This document shows positions 50,006 to 58,511 of a stretch of DNA of 64,000 nucleotides, piece after piece. The stretch's first letter is position 1, and every line of letters begins with the position of its first letter. The DNA lies in assembly GCA_027036135.1 (NCBI GenBank), contig JALVSY010000016.1, positions 416,001 through 480,000 of the forward strand. The letters are read 5' to 3'. The DNA is from Pyrodictiaceae archaeon. Lineage in GTDB: Archaea > Thermoproteota > Thermoprotei_A > Sulfolobales > Pyrodictiaceae. Below the pieces are notes generated by a model. It was not told where the DNA came from. It did not search any database and worked only from the letters and a program-made list of their open reading frames with translations. Made by a program: the position numbers and the translations under genes.

Positions 50006-51634
50006 CTATGTGCTTGCGGCTATTCGTCTTTTCAGAATTCTCGGTGCCTGCGTTACCATGGTTCTGGTCATTATTTTTAATGCTGTCTTCTTATCACGTA
50101 TATTTATCTCGGAGAAGCTCTTCACTATTCTCGGATCCTCCTTTATCCTCCTTATCCAAGTCCTCATGGCGTCTAGTGCTTCTCCTATTAGGGCATTCAC
50201 TATTTTTCGTATTAGCGGGTTCTTGAGGCCTCTTAGCAGGACAGGGTATATGTACTCGGAGAACCTTATGCTGTGCTCCCAGCCAGCAACAATGGCTTCA
50301 ACAGCTTCCTGCGGTATCTCCTCCCATGTCATGAACTCTGCTCGTTTCTCTATCCTTGTCCCGCCTATTGGTACTAGGAATAAGGGGTATATCCAGCCCC
50401 GGAACCCCTCTTCCACGAGCCTGTCTATGAGCTCTGTTGTCCTGACATAGTCCTCGGGGGTGGCGTCTGGGAAGCCTATTATGTAGGTGAGGCATGGGTA
50501 CATGTAGTTATCGTTGAGGAGCTTACTTCCTTCGACTACTACCCATGGCCAGTCCTCGGGTTTCCAGGGATAAGGCTTGCCTCGGAAGTACTTCGCGACT
50601 ATTCTCGGGCTACCGCTCTCGAGCCCGACCTGCGGGAAGATGGGGCTCTTCTCCGACAAGCCATTTATGTCGCTTATGAATCTTACCGCGTCCTTGAGCA
50701 CCAGCGCGGATGACAAGGTTATGTGCGAGAAGGTTATCTGCTCGACGCCGTAGCTTTTTACAGCCTTATAGGTCTCCGCGAAGAGTTTCTTAACAGCCTC
50801 ACCGTTAAGGTGTAGGCCCTTGGCACCGTAAAGGAGCACGTCTTCCGTTACAAACTCTATTACCTTTGCCCCTGTTCTAGCATTCAGCTCCGCTTCTCTG
50901 AGAACCGTATCGAGGGGTATTGAGCGGAAGAAGAAGGTAGTTGGTTTGCAGAACTGACAGCCTCGTGGACATCCACGTGTTATTTGGACTAGGCCGTTCC
51001 TTGAGGGGGTTATTATGGGTGGTATCTCGTCGGGCGGTACTATTCTCCCCGCAACATATCTTGGAACCTTCTCGCCACCTAGGATCTTCTTGACGAGAAG
51101 CGGGAAGTCTAGCTCAGCCTCTCCATCATAGACAACGTCTATCCCGAATCTGTCCTCACGTCCTCGTAGCTGCCAGACCCCCGGACCGCCAACAACTACT
51201 CGGAAGCCGTAGCGCTTCTTAAGCCGCTTGACCTTCTCCATGAGTTTCTCGAACTCTAGCGCTGTGCAGGTCTTCCCGCCACCAGTCATCACCCTCAATG
51301 TCCAGGATACAGGTGCTAAGCCCTGGGGGTCAACTGTGTGAATACCCAGTATCTCTGTATCCTTATCAACTACTTTCTCAAGCTTCTCGGGGGGAGTAAT
51401 AATTACATCCTCTATCCTAAACCCCGCAGCCACTAATGCCGCCTCAACCTTAGCAAGGCCGTAGGGGGCGTAGAGGGCTCTCCCATTCTCGTCGAGTGTT
51501 CTCGGTGCAAGGATATGATACTCCACGAAGCGCGGTATGAGCCGTGCGGGTAGGCAGAGCCCAAACCCAAGTGCATCTACTCCACCAAAGTCCGTGAAGA
51601 GAGCCCGGTCGGCTGTGAGAACTATCCTAGCCGT
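50006..51634 (-). CDS. Radical SAM protein, B12-binding-type archaeal family
   Basis: APYGL.KVEA, VGGPG, TRGCPRGCQFC, EDVLLYG, GLESGS. The frame extends upstream of GTG 51526 to RIVLTADR; probable start is ACG at 51634. Confidence 0.85.
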   Translation of the reverse strand, partial: TARIVLTADRALFTDFGGVDALGFGLCLPARLIPRFVEYHILAPRTLDENGRALYAPYGLAKVEAALVAAGFRIEDVIITPPEKLEKVVDKDTEILGIHTVDPQGLAPVSWTLRVMTGGGKTCTALEFEKLMEKVKRLKKRYGFRVVVGGPGVWQLRGREDRFGIDVVYDGEAELDFPLLVKKILGGEKVPRYVAGRIVPPDEIPPIITPSRNGLVQITRGCPRGCQFCKPTTFFFRSIPLDTVLREAELNARTGAKVIEFVTEDVLLYGAKGLHLNGEAVKKLFAETYKAVKSYGVEQITFSHITLSSALVLKDAVRFISDINGLSEKSPIFPQVGLESGSPRIVAKYFRGKPYPWKPEDWPWVVVEGSKLLNDNYMYPCLTYIIGFPDATPEDYVRTTELIDRLVEEGFRGWIYPLFLVPIGGTRIEKRAEFMTWEEIPQEAVEAIVAGWEHSIRFSEYIYPVLLRGLKNPLIRKIVNALIGEALDAMRTWIRRIKEDPRIVKSFSEINIRDKKTALKIMTRTMVTQAPRILKRRIAAST

Positions 51635-51802
51635 CCGGGCACCACCTCAGTTATTTTAACATGTGATAAACCCCCGTATTTAGCTTATCACCGATGATTC
51701 TCAAGACCTAGTTACAGGTTCGCAAAGAGAACCCGGCGAGAAGCAACAATAGCTTAATTATTTCCCCTGGGCCCTCTGGAGAGCAATAAGGGTGTCCAGA
51801 TA

Positions 51803-52213
51803 GTGTCTGGTGTTCTTAGTAGCCTTCTTCTCGGCTATCGGCTTAACTTAGAGAAGGCTGAGGGCTTGGAGGAGAAGGGGCTTCTTGTCCCAGCGGCTTA
51901 TCACCTATATGTTGCTCTCCAGCTTCGTGCATCTGCTCTCCTCTACCTAGTGGATCCCGGTTCTAGCCATAATTGCTCCGTGTCGGTTATCCTCCGCTTG
52001 ATTGAGAAGAGGCTCCGTGAGCGGGGCTTCGCTGGGCTCGCCGAGAGGGTTGGGAAGCTGGTTGAGGAGTATCGTGACGCTATTGTGTGGGCTGAGAAGG
52101 TGCATACACTGGCTATGTATAAGCCCGTGGAGATAGACAGGGATAAGATGAGGAGGGTCAAGGAGCTTATAGAGAGGCTCGATGAGCTGGAGAGGGTATT
52201 GACTAGGCGCTAG
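51803..52213 (+). CDS. Orphan, degenerate HEPN-like protein
   Basis: AAYHLYVALQLRASA..Y resembles the HEPN helix; canonical H/RY residues altered; no MNT partner adjacent. Confidence 0.55.
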   Translation: MSGVLSSLLLGYRLNLEKAEGLEEKGLLVPAAYHLYVALQLRASALLYLVDPGSSHNCSVSVILRLIEKRLRERGFAGLAERVGKLVEEYRDAIVWAEKVHTLAMYKPVEIDRDKMRRVKELIERLDELERVLTRR

Positions 52214-52509
52214 TCGCTGCACTCTGCCCCAGTGTCTAGCCCGTCTAGGAGCCCTGCCTCGCGTAGTCTCCTCGTGGCCTCTTGGTATGCCGTGATTATC
52301 TTCTTTGCTTCCTCTGTTAGCTTTGAGCCTCGCTTATCGCTCACTACTAGCCTCTTTCCTAGTAGTTTCTCGGCTTGCTTGATCCTTGTCCATAATCTGC
52401 GATAGTTTATGCCTAGCTTCTCTGCTGCTGAGCGGAGGCTCCCTGCCTCCTCTATGGCTTGGAGCGCTGCTACTAGTCCTCGTCCCCCTATCCGGGTCTC
52501 GTTGCACAC
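52210..52509 (-). CDS. Stand-alone ModE/LysR-type winged-HTH regulator
   Basis: LQAIEEAGSLRSAAEKLGINYRRLW..IKQAEKLLG..LV...GSKLTEEA. Confidence 0.82.
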   Translation of the reverse strand: MCNETRIGGRGLVAALQAIEEAGSLRSAAEKLGINYRRLWTRIKQAEKLLGKRLVVSDKRGSKLTEEAKKIITAYQEATRRLREAGLLDGLDTGAECSD

Positions 52510-52660
52510 TATGTAGAGGATTGGCTCTATTCTTATTCTTCCCGTTATGGGTCACCGTTTAGTAGACTTTGTGTGATATTTTTAGTTGTTTTTTGGCCGT
52601 AAGTGTCCGGGTACGTGTTTTTCTATTGTCTCTTGTTCTTGCTTTAAGCGGTGGCGCCTA

Positions 52661-53626
52661 GTGAAGGCATCACATCTTGCCCTCGCAGTGATCATCGCTG
52701 CCATTATAGTAACAGGCACGGTCATAGCAATCCATAAAGCCGAGCATAACGTCCACCCAGTAGGCATAAGGCTAGGCGTTGAGTTTAACACCCATGCGAC
52801 AGCTGCGTGGATAGCTCTATCAGAGCACCTCTTCTCCCAGCACGGGCTCAGAGTAGAAAAAGTAATCAAGTTCAGGACGGGCCCCGAGCTTGCAGCAGCA
52901 TTTGCCCGCGGAGACATAGATGCTGCTTGGGCATGCCTAGCACCAATAGTAAAAATGATAGACAAAGGAGCCAAGCTCTACATAGTTGAAGCAGCCCATT
53001 ACTATGGATACGGGTGCGTAGGTAGCCCGCACATAAAGAGCATAGAGGATCTCAAGAAGCTTGGCAGGGAGCCAGTCATAGCAATACCTGGGAAAGCTAG
53101 TCAAGTCCACCCGATGCTTCTCCTAGCTGAGGAGAAATACGGGTTCCACGCAAAAATCGTCTACATAAAGCCTCCAGCAATACTCTCTGCTGTCCTAAAA
53201 GGCTCTGTTGACGCAGCATGCATCCCGGAGCCTCTGCTAAGCGTTGCTCTCAACAAGGGACTTCACCTATTGTTCCTTGCCCAGCAAGTGTGGCCGAGCA
53301 TGCCAGGCAGCTACCTGGTAGTATCGCAACGATTCCTCAAAGAGCACCCGGAGGCGGTTTGTAAGCTGGCAGAGGTAAACGAGGAGGCTACAAGCCTCAT
53401 CTACAAGGACCCCGGGAAAGCAGTAGACATTGACGCGAAGATGCTAGGCCTACCAGCCTCGGTTATAAACGAGAGCCTAAAGCACCTCTACTTCACGACA
53501 AGGCTCAACGTGGCAGAGATGCAGAAAATGGTCGATATCATGTACGAGCACGGCCTAATAAGGCACGACATAAACATTTCGAAATACATAGTGAACCTTG
53601 GTAAGCTCTGCGGAAAGCACAGCTGA
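52661..53626 (+). CDS. ABC transporter substrate-binding protein (NitT/TauT-like)
   Basis: Signal/TM segment, F.TGPELAAAF..GDID, GSVDAA..PEP. Confidence 0.85.
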   Translation: MKASHLALAVIIAAIIVTGTVIAIHKAEHNVHPVGIRLGVEFNTHATAAWIALSEHLFSQHGLRVEKVIKFRTGPELAAAFARGDIDAAWACLAPIVKMIDKGAKLYIVEAAHYYGYGCVGSPHIKSIEDLKKLGREPVIAIPGKASQVHPMLLLAEEKYGFHAKIVYIKPPAILSAVLKGSVDAACIPEPLLSVALNKGLHLLFLAQQVWPSMPGSYLVVSQRFLKEHPEAVCKLAEVNEEATSLIYKDPGKAVDIDAKMLGLPASVINESLKHLYFTTRLNVAEMQKMVDIMYEHGLIRHDINISKYIVNLGKLCGKHS

Positions 53627-53650
53627 GAAACCGAGAGCATTGCGTCAAGG

Positions 53651-54457
53651 GTGCTCGGCGTCTTGAGGAACCGGGTTAACACAGCACTGGCTTACATCGC
53701 GCTAATAGGTATCTGGCAACTCATAGCCAGCGCTGCAAGAACCCCCTGGATAGTAGGGCCAATCGATATTCTCCGCGCCCTCCTCAACGAGGCCTTCTTG
53801 TCTAGGCTTGTAGCCGCATACACCGATACACTAGTCCGGTCCCTTGCGGGGTTTACTGGCGGCCTTGTTCTCGGCGTCTCGCTTGGGGTATTAACGGGTC
53901 TTCTCTCCATGAAGCTGGGCGGTGTATTTGAGAGCTTAGCAGCATTTGCTGCCTCTGTACCAGGTGTAGCTTGGATACCCCTGCTCATAGCGGTTATGGG
54001 GATTAATTCCTTCCTCTTACCCGTAACGGCTAGCATACTTGCCTCGTTCCCGCCGATATTCTACCAAATCTACTCGGCTCTAAGGAGTATTGATCCAAGC
54101 GAGGTAGAGGTAGCCGTAACACTTGGGGCTGATAACCAGTTCCTCTGGAGGACAATAATAATGCCGAAGCTAATGGCTTCTCTCTTCCCGGCGTTAAAGA
54201 TTGAGGCTGTGCTTGCCTGGAAAATAGTATTCGCTGTGGAAATGATAGCGGCGACCAGCGGGCTAGGCTACCTAGCCATGATGTACGCCGACCTACTAGA
54301 TGTACCACACGTCGCAGTACTGGTGATAGTGCTCACGCTGAGCGTGGCCCTAATGGTGAAACTAGTCTCACTCTTAGAGAAACTCGTACTAGGCAAACTA
54401 GGCCTAGGTGTAGAGCAATGGGGCTCCATATACGTATACGCCGGGCAGGGATACTAA
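53651..54457 (+). CDS. ABC transporter permease (NitT/TauT-like)
   Basis: VPGVAWIPL, EAA-like EVAVTLGA, AVEMIAATSGLGY. Confidence 0.88.
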   Translation: MLGVLRNRVNTALAYIALIGIWQLIASAARTPWIVGPIDILRALLNEAFLSRLVAAYTDTLVRSLAGFTGGLVLGVSLGVLTGLLSMKLGGVFESLAAFAASVPGVAWIPLLIAVMGINSFLLPVTASILASFPPIFYQIYSALRSIDPSEVEVAVTLGADNQFLWRTIIMPKLMASLFPALKIEAVLAWKIVFAVEMIAATSGLGYLAMMYADLLDVPHVAVLVIVLTLSVALMVKLVSLLEKLVLGKLGLGVEQWGSIYVYAGQGY

Positions 54458-55086
54458 GAGACATAAGCCTAGACCTTCCCAGTTGCGGGGTCATACTAGT
54501 ACTTGGGCCCAATGGCGCCGGGAAAACAACGCTACTCAAGACAATAGCGGGCGTGGTAAAAGCAGACGCAGAAATAATACTGAATAGTACACCGTTGCAT
54601 AAGCTCCCGCCAAGCAAGAGAATGATAGGCTATGTGCCACAGAACCTGGCACTATTCCGCCACATGAGCGTCTACGACAACATAGCCTACGGGCTAAGAG
54701 CCCGCCGCTTACCCGAGAACCTTGTCGAGGAACGGGTAAGGGAGATCGCGGCCAGGCTAGGCATACAGCACCTCCTAGCAAGAATGCCATGGCAACTAAG
54801 CGGGGGAGAGCAGCAAAGAGTAGCACTCGCAAGAGCCCTAGTACTAGACACAAAGCTCCTCCTACTCGACGAGGCGTTCGACCACATAGATGAGGAGACG
54901 CGAAGCGAGCTAATGAGGCTAGTAAGTAGCGAGGCAGAGCAGAGAAAAATACCAGTGATAATGGTCACGCATCACCCAAGCGAAGCCAGGAAACACATGA
55001 ACGTAAAGGCAATAGTAAAGCTACGGGATGGAAGACTAGTATCCGTGGAGAACCTCGTGGAGGCAGCAGCCCTAGTAAGAGTCTAA
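54418..55086 (+). CDS. ABC transporter ATP-binding protein
   Basis: GPNGAGKT, LSGGEQQRVALARAL, LLLDE, VTH. Confidence 0.92.
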   Translation: MGLHIRIRRAGILRDISLDLPSCGVILVLGPNGAGKTTLLKTIAGVVKADAEIILNSTPLHKLPPSKRMIGYVPQNLALFRHMSVYDNIAYGLRARRLPENLVEERVREIAARLGIQHLLARMPWQLSGGEQQRVALARALVLDTKLLLLDEAFDHIDEETRSELMRLVSSEAEQRKIPVIMVTHHPSEARKHMNVKAIVKLRDGRLVSVENLVEAAALVRV

Positions 55087-55174
55087 GAGTCTAAGCACCT
55101 CTTCTAGGAGCGCATAGGGCTCATAGAAAAATATATGGCGAGGTTATTGTCTAAGGGCTTATCTTTGCTCTTCT

Positions 55175-56233
55175 TTACTCTTGTGTCATATTGACTATTG
55201 CGTGTGGGTTGAATACTCGGAGCGTTATTGTCTCCCATGCTCTGAACTTGTGCCCGGTCTCCTCTAGCCCTATGTAGTCTACCTTGGTGTCGATGCCTAC
55301 TACTATGTCGAGCCCGGTCTTCTCTGCCGAGACCAGTATTGCTTGCTCCTGCGACAAGAACGGCGTCTTTACTACCTTGGCTAGCTTCTCTATCCTGGAT
55401 AACTCCATTACGCCAGTACGCTCGTGTACTGCTAGTAGCTTAGCGTAGCGCTGCGGGGAGACCAGTAGGACATAGGGGCCCCTAAACCCCTCTGCCTCGA
55501 GCCCGGCTACTGCGCGGGCAACATCATCTACCGCCTCTCCCGGCCTCTCCCACGAACCTATACTCGTTCTCAGCGAGTCCTTTGCCTCAAGCAGCCTGGT
55601 TACTAGGAGCTTCTCCTCCTCGGCTACGAAGCGCTTAGCAGCGTACTCCACCAAGGGCTCCAAGGGCTCTCCTAGGCGCTCGTGCCGGTTGAGCAGCCTC
55701 TGGGGCACAACGAGCTCTATTGCTACCTCTCGTAGCGGTATAACGGTCTCGGATTCAACGCCTACACCGGCCTCGCTGAAGGTCACACTAGGCGCGACAA
55801 CGTAGTCTATTCCGGGCCCGAGAACAGTGACAGGGAACACCCTCCTAATACTCCTCGCCGAGTCCGCAACCCCTCTAAAGAGCCTAGAAATCTTCTCCTC
55901 GAATCCCTCCTCGCTGGGAGGATCGGCAGGGTCATCCCCGCCACTCTTCTTCTCTGTTAGCTCTACTACCTCTTCGGCTCCTTTCCGGAGTTCCTCAGCC
56001 TGCTCTGGGTCAAGCCTCTTCAATAGCTCGAGGAACTCGCCGACATGCGTCTTCTCCTCCCGGGCAACATCGGCGAAGACCTTCTTAGCGTCCTCCAAGG
56101 GGGCTCGCTCAGCGACTTGTAGGTAGAAGCTAATAGCATCAAGCTCAGCTATAACAGCTAGGCGCAGGGCATCGATGAGGTCCTTCTCGGAGAGCTTATC
56201 CTTAGAAAGCTCCAAGGGATGGCGAGCAAACAC
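55175..56233 (-). CDS. Family 1 encapsulin shell fused to N-terminal ferritin-like (Flp) domain
   Basis: Ferritin-like AELDAISFY...EEKTHVGEF, acidic linker, then linocin/encapsulin shell motifs (GFRGPY.LLVSP..Y..L, DIVVG.D, ET.TLRV.NP.AI). Confidence 0.9.
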   Translation of the reverse strand: MFARHPLELSKDKLSEKDLIDALRLAVIAELDAISFYLQVAERAPLEDAKKVFADVAREEKTHVGEFLELLKRLDPEQAEELRKGAEEVVELTEKKSGGDDPADPPSEEGFEEKISRLFRGVADSARSIRRVFPVTVLGPGIDYVVAPSVTFSEAGVGVESETVIPLREVAIELVVPQRLLNRHERLGEPLEPLVEYAAKRFVAEEEKLLVTRLLEAKDSLRTSIGSWERPGEAVDDVARAVAGLEAEGFRGPYVLLVSPQRYAKLLAVHERTGVMELSRIEKLAKVVKTPFLSQEQAILVSAEKTGLDIVVGIDTKVDYIGLEETGHKFRAWETITLRVFNPHAIVNMTQE

Positions 56234-56321
56234 TCAGAGAGCACCTCCTCTCTGGTATCTGGGAGAGGTGCCCAGAGGGATAAGACTCCTACCACGAAGA
56301 GAATAGAGACCTCTACGGTAA

Positions 56322-56873
56322 ATGGGAGGCGCTAAACACTTGTCCGCACGTCTACGACGACTAGGAGCTACGAGTACTGCGAAGACCGCTGTGGAGCGGT
56401 GGCTAAGCGAGGCAAACCTGTGGCTCGAGGAGTTCTACGCCGAGCGTACCAAGTCCCCTAGGCAGAGCTTGAACAAGGTGTTTACAGCGTGGAAGGCCCT
56501 AGTAGCGGTACTACCCCAGCTAGCCTCAGAGCTAGACCCCGTGCTCCGGGAAGAGCTTCGCCGAAGAGGCTTCACCGAGGACGGTGCCGTTAAGGTCACT
56601 ACCGCTACTGCGCCTAAGATAAGCCACCTAGTCGCCGAGAAAGCCGAGCAGGAACCGGTGCGCGAGCTAGCCCAGAGCCTCCTCAGCCTCCACAAAGGCG
56701 CCTACATACTGCACACGGCCTTCTACGAGGGCCCAGAGCACGCAGGGTTCACTGGAACCGAGGAGGCCCTCGAAACAGCGATAAGGCTCGCCGAGAAGCT
56801 CCAAGAAGTAGCGGGGCGGCTCCAAGACCTTGTTCGAAACCCTAGACTGAAACGGGACATAACGAACTCCTAG
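56322..56873 (+). CDS. Divergent PaREP1-like helical protein
   Basis: RQSLNKVFTAWKAL and AYILH.AFYEGP parallel the PaREP1 motifs of the 5008 gene. Confidence 0.5.
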   Translation: MGGAKHLSARLRRLGATSTAKTAVERWLSEANLWLEEFYAERTKSPRQSLNKVFTAWKALVAVLPQLASELDPVLREELRRRGFTEDGAVKVTTATAPKISHLVAEKAEQEPVRELAQSLLSLHKGAYILHTAFYEGPEHAGFTGTEEALETAIRLAEKLQEVAGRLQDLVRNPRLKRDITNS

Positions 56874-56891
56874 ACTCGTGGGAACCAGCTG

Positions 56892-58295
56892 TTGACTATA
56901 CGCTCAGTAATAGGTGTTCTTGTAGTTGTCCTCCTGCTAGCCATGGCATCCATAGCTTATCTTGCTACCCATCATGCTCCTAGTTCTAGCGCTCCTCATG
57001 CAAGCAGGGCTGTGAGCACTAGTACGTCTAGAGCAATCACTGACACAGCTACGCAGCCAGTGGCCAGTAGGACGACTACGGTTATGCAGGGAGGCCTTGT
57101 TTCGCTTATTTATCGGCGCCTAGGCTACCCCATAATCCACTACTATGTCCCAAAGGAACTAGGACTAGGTAACGAGGAGGTAGCAGCAGTTTACGCAGTC
57201 CACGCCTATGGCTCGGAGGAGCCAATAGGCTACATCAATATAGAGGGGCTCCTAGGCCTGAGACAGGTCCTCCGAAGAGCGCTGAGCGTGCTGGGCAGCA
57301 ACTATAGCCTAGTGAGGGCAGAGTATGTACCTGGCCTCGTAGTCAATGATACTCTCGTTAAGAGGCCTCGCTGGGTCCTCGTGCTCGCAAAGACCTATAA
57401 GGGGTATAGGCTCTGGCCCCGTTGCTGCGGCGATGTAGTGGCTGAGGTAGACGCGCTCAACGGCTCAGTAAAGCTGCTCCAGAGAGGCAACTATATGGAG
57501 CCAAAGAGCTCGGTTCTGCTACCGAGCCAGGATAAGCTAGCCTCCATGAGCCCAGAGCAACTAGTGAGGAGAGCCCTTAGGCAGATACTGAGCCTCTACA
57601 AGGGCTGGGGGAGACAAGTCCTAGAGGACGCACTGGCCAATAGGACGCGCTACGACTATAGTATTGATCTGCGCATAGCCCGGCTAGGCGATGAGAGCAA
57701 CGAACTCCTCTCAGCACAAAGCACGGTAACTAAGGAGTTCCTCGGCCAGCCCCGCCTCTACTGGGTAATAACAATAGAGGCTGACCACGTTATAGCAAGC
57801 GCACTAGTAGATGCGGTAACCGGGCGGCTTGCAAGCTACATCGTGGAGCCCCTATGGCCACGGACACCATGGGCAGAGCTACTAGTAGAGCCAACCTACC
57901 CGGGCAAACCAATCAACGTAACTAGGAGTATCAAGGGCCTCGGAGAAACAACCGTCACATTGGTACACGTGCTCCCCGTGAAGACGGGCGAGAAAGGAAC
58001 CCTAGCCCTAGTAGCCTATTGGAGAACCCATGTCAACCCAGCAGCGATAAAGACAGCGCCAAAGATAATCCTAGAGCCGAAAACCATAGAGACCAAGTGG
58101 ATCAAGCTAATTCCTCTCAACAACACAGTAGTCGTAGAGCCCAGCACCGGGGCAAAGAACCAAATACTCTACAAGTACAGAGTGAGCGCCAGTGCTAGCT
58201 CAGGCATATACGTGGCGGAGATAAAGCTAAGCGAACAAGTAGTAGGCTACCAAAACATCTCGCGTTGCATCCCATTAGTTATTGACATAGGTTAA
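56892..58295 (+). CDS. Exported/membrane-anchored protein with S/T-rich linker and PepSY-like repeats
   Basis: N-terminal TM segment, Ser/Thr linker, two W...VDA.xG motifs (VDALNG, VDAVTG). Confidence 0.6.
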   Translation: MTIRSVIGVLVVVLLLAMASIAYLATHHAPSSSAPHASRAVSTSTSRAITDTATQPVASRTTTVMQGGLVSLIYRRLGYPIIHYYVPKELGLGNEEVAAVYAVHAYGSEEPIGYINIEGLLGLRQVLRRALSVLGSNYSLVRAEYVPGLVVNDTLVKRPRWVLVLAKTYKGYRLWPRCCGDVVAEVDALNGSVKLLQRGNYMEPKSSVLLPSQDKLASMSPEQLVRRALRQILSLYKGWGRQVLEDALANRTRYDYSIDLRIARLGDESNELLSAQSTVTKEFLGQPRLYWVITIEADHVIASALVDAVTGRLASYIVEPLWPRTPWAELLVEPTYPGKPINVTRSIKGLGETTVTLVHVLPVKTGEKGTLALVAYWRTHVNPAAIKTAPKIILEPKTIETKWIKLIPLNNTVVVEPSTGAKNQILYKYRVSASASSGIYVAEIKLSEQVVGYQNISRCIPLVIDIG

Positions 58296-58511
58296 TAGCG
58301 ATGCTCCAAGACCCTGTAGAATGATTAATTAAGAACGTCTATAGCATCTTTGATGCGTAAGAATTGGTTCAGAATAATGCAATTAACGGTATGAAAATAA
58401 TTAATATATGTCTCCTTTAGAGCGTATTTATACTTTGCTCTACATGGCATTTTCACTCAATTATATAAGTAGTCGTTGGTGCTGCTCTATATGGTCAGTA
58501 ATGTAATCAAG

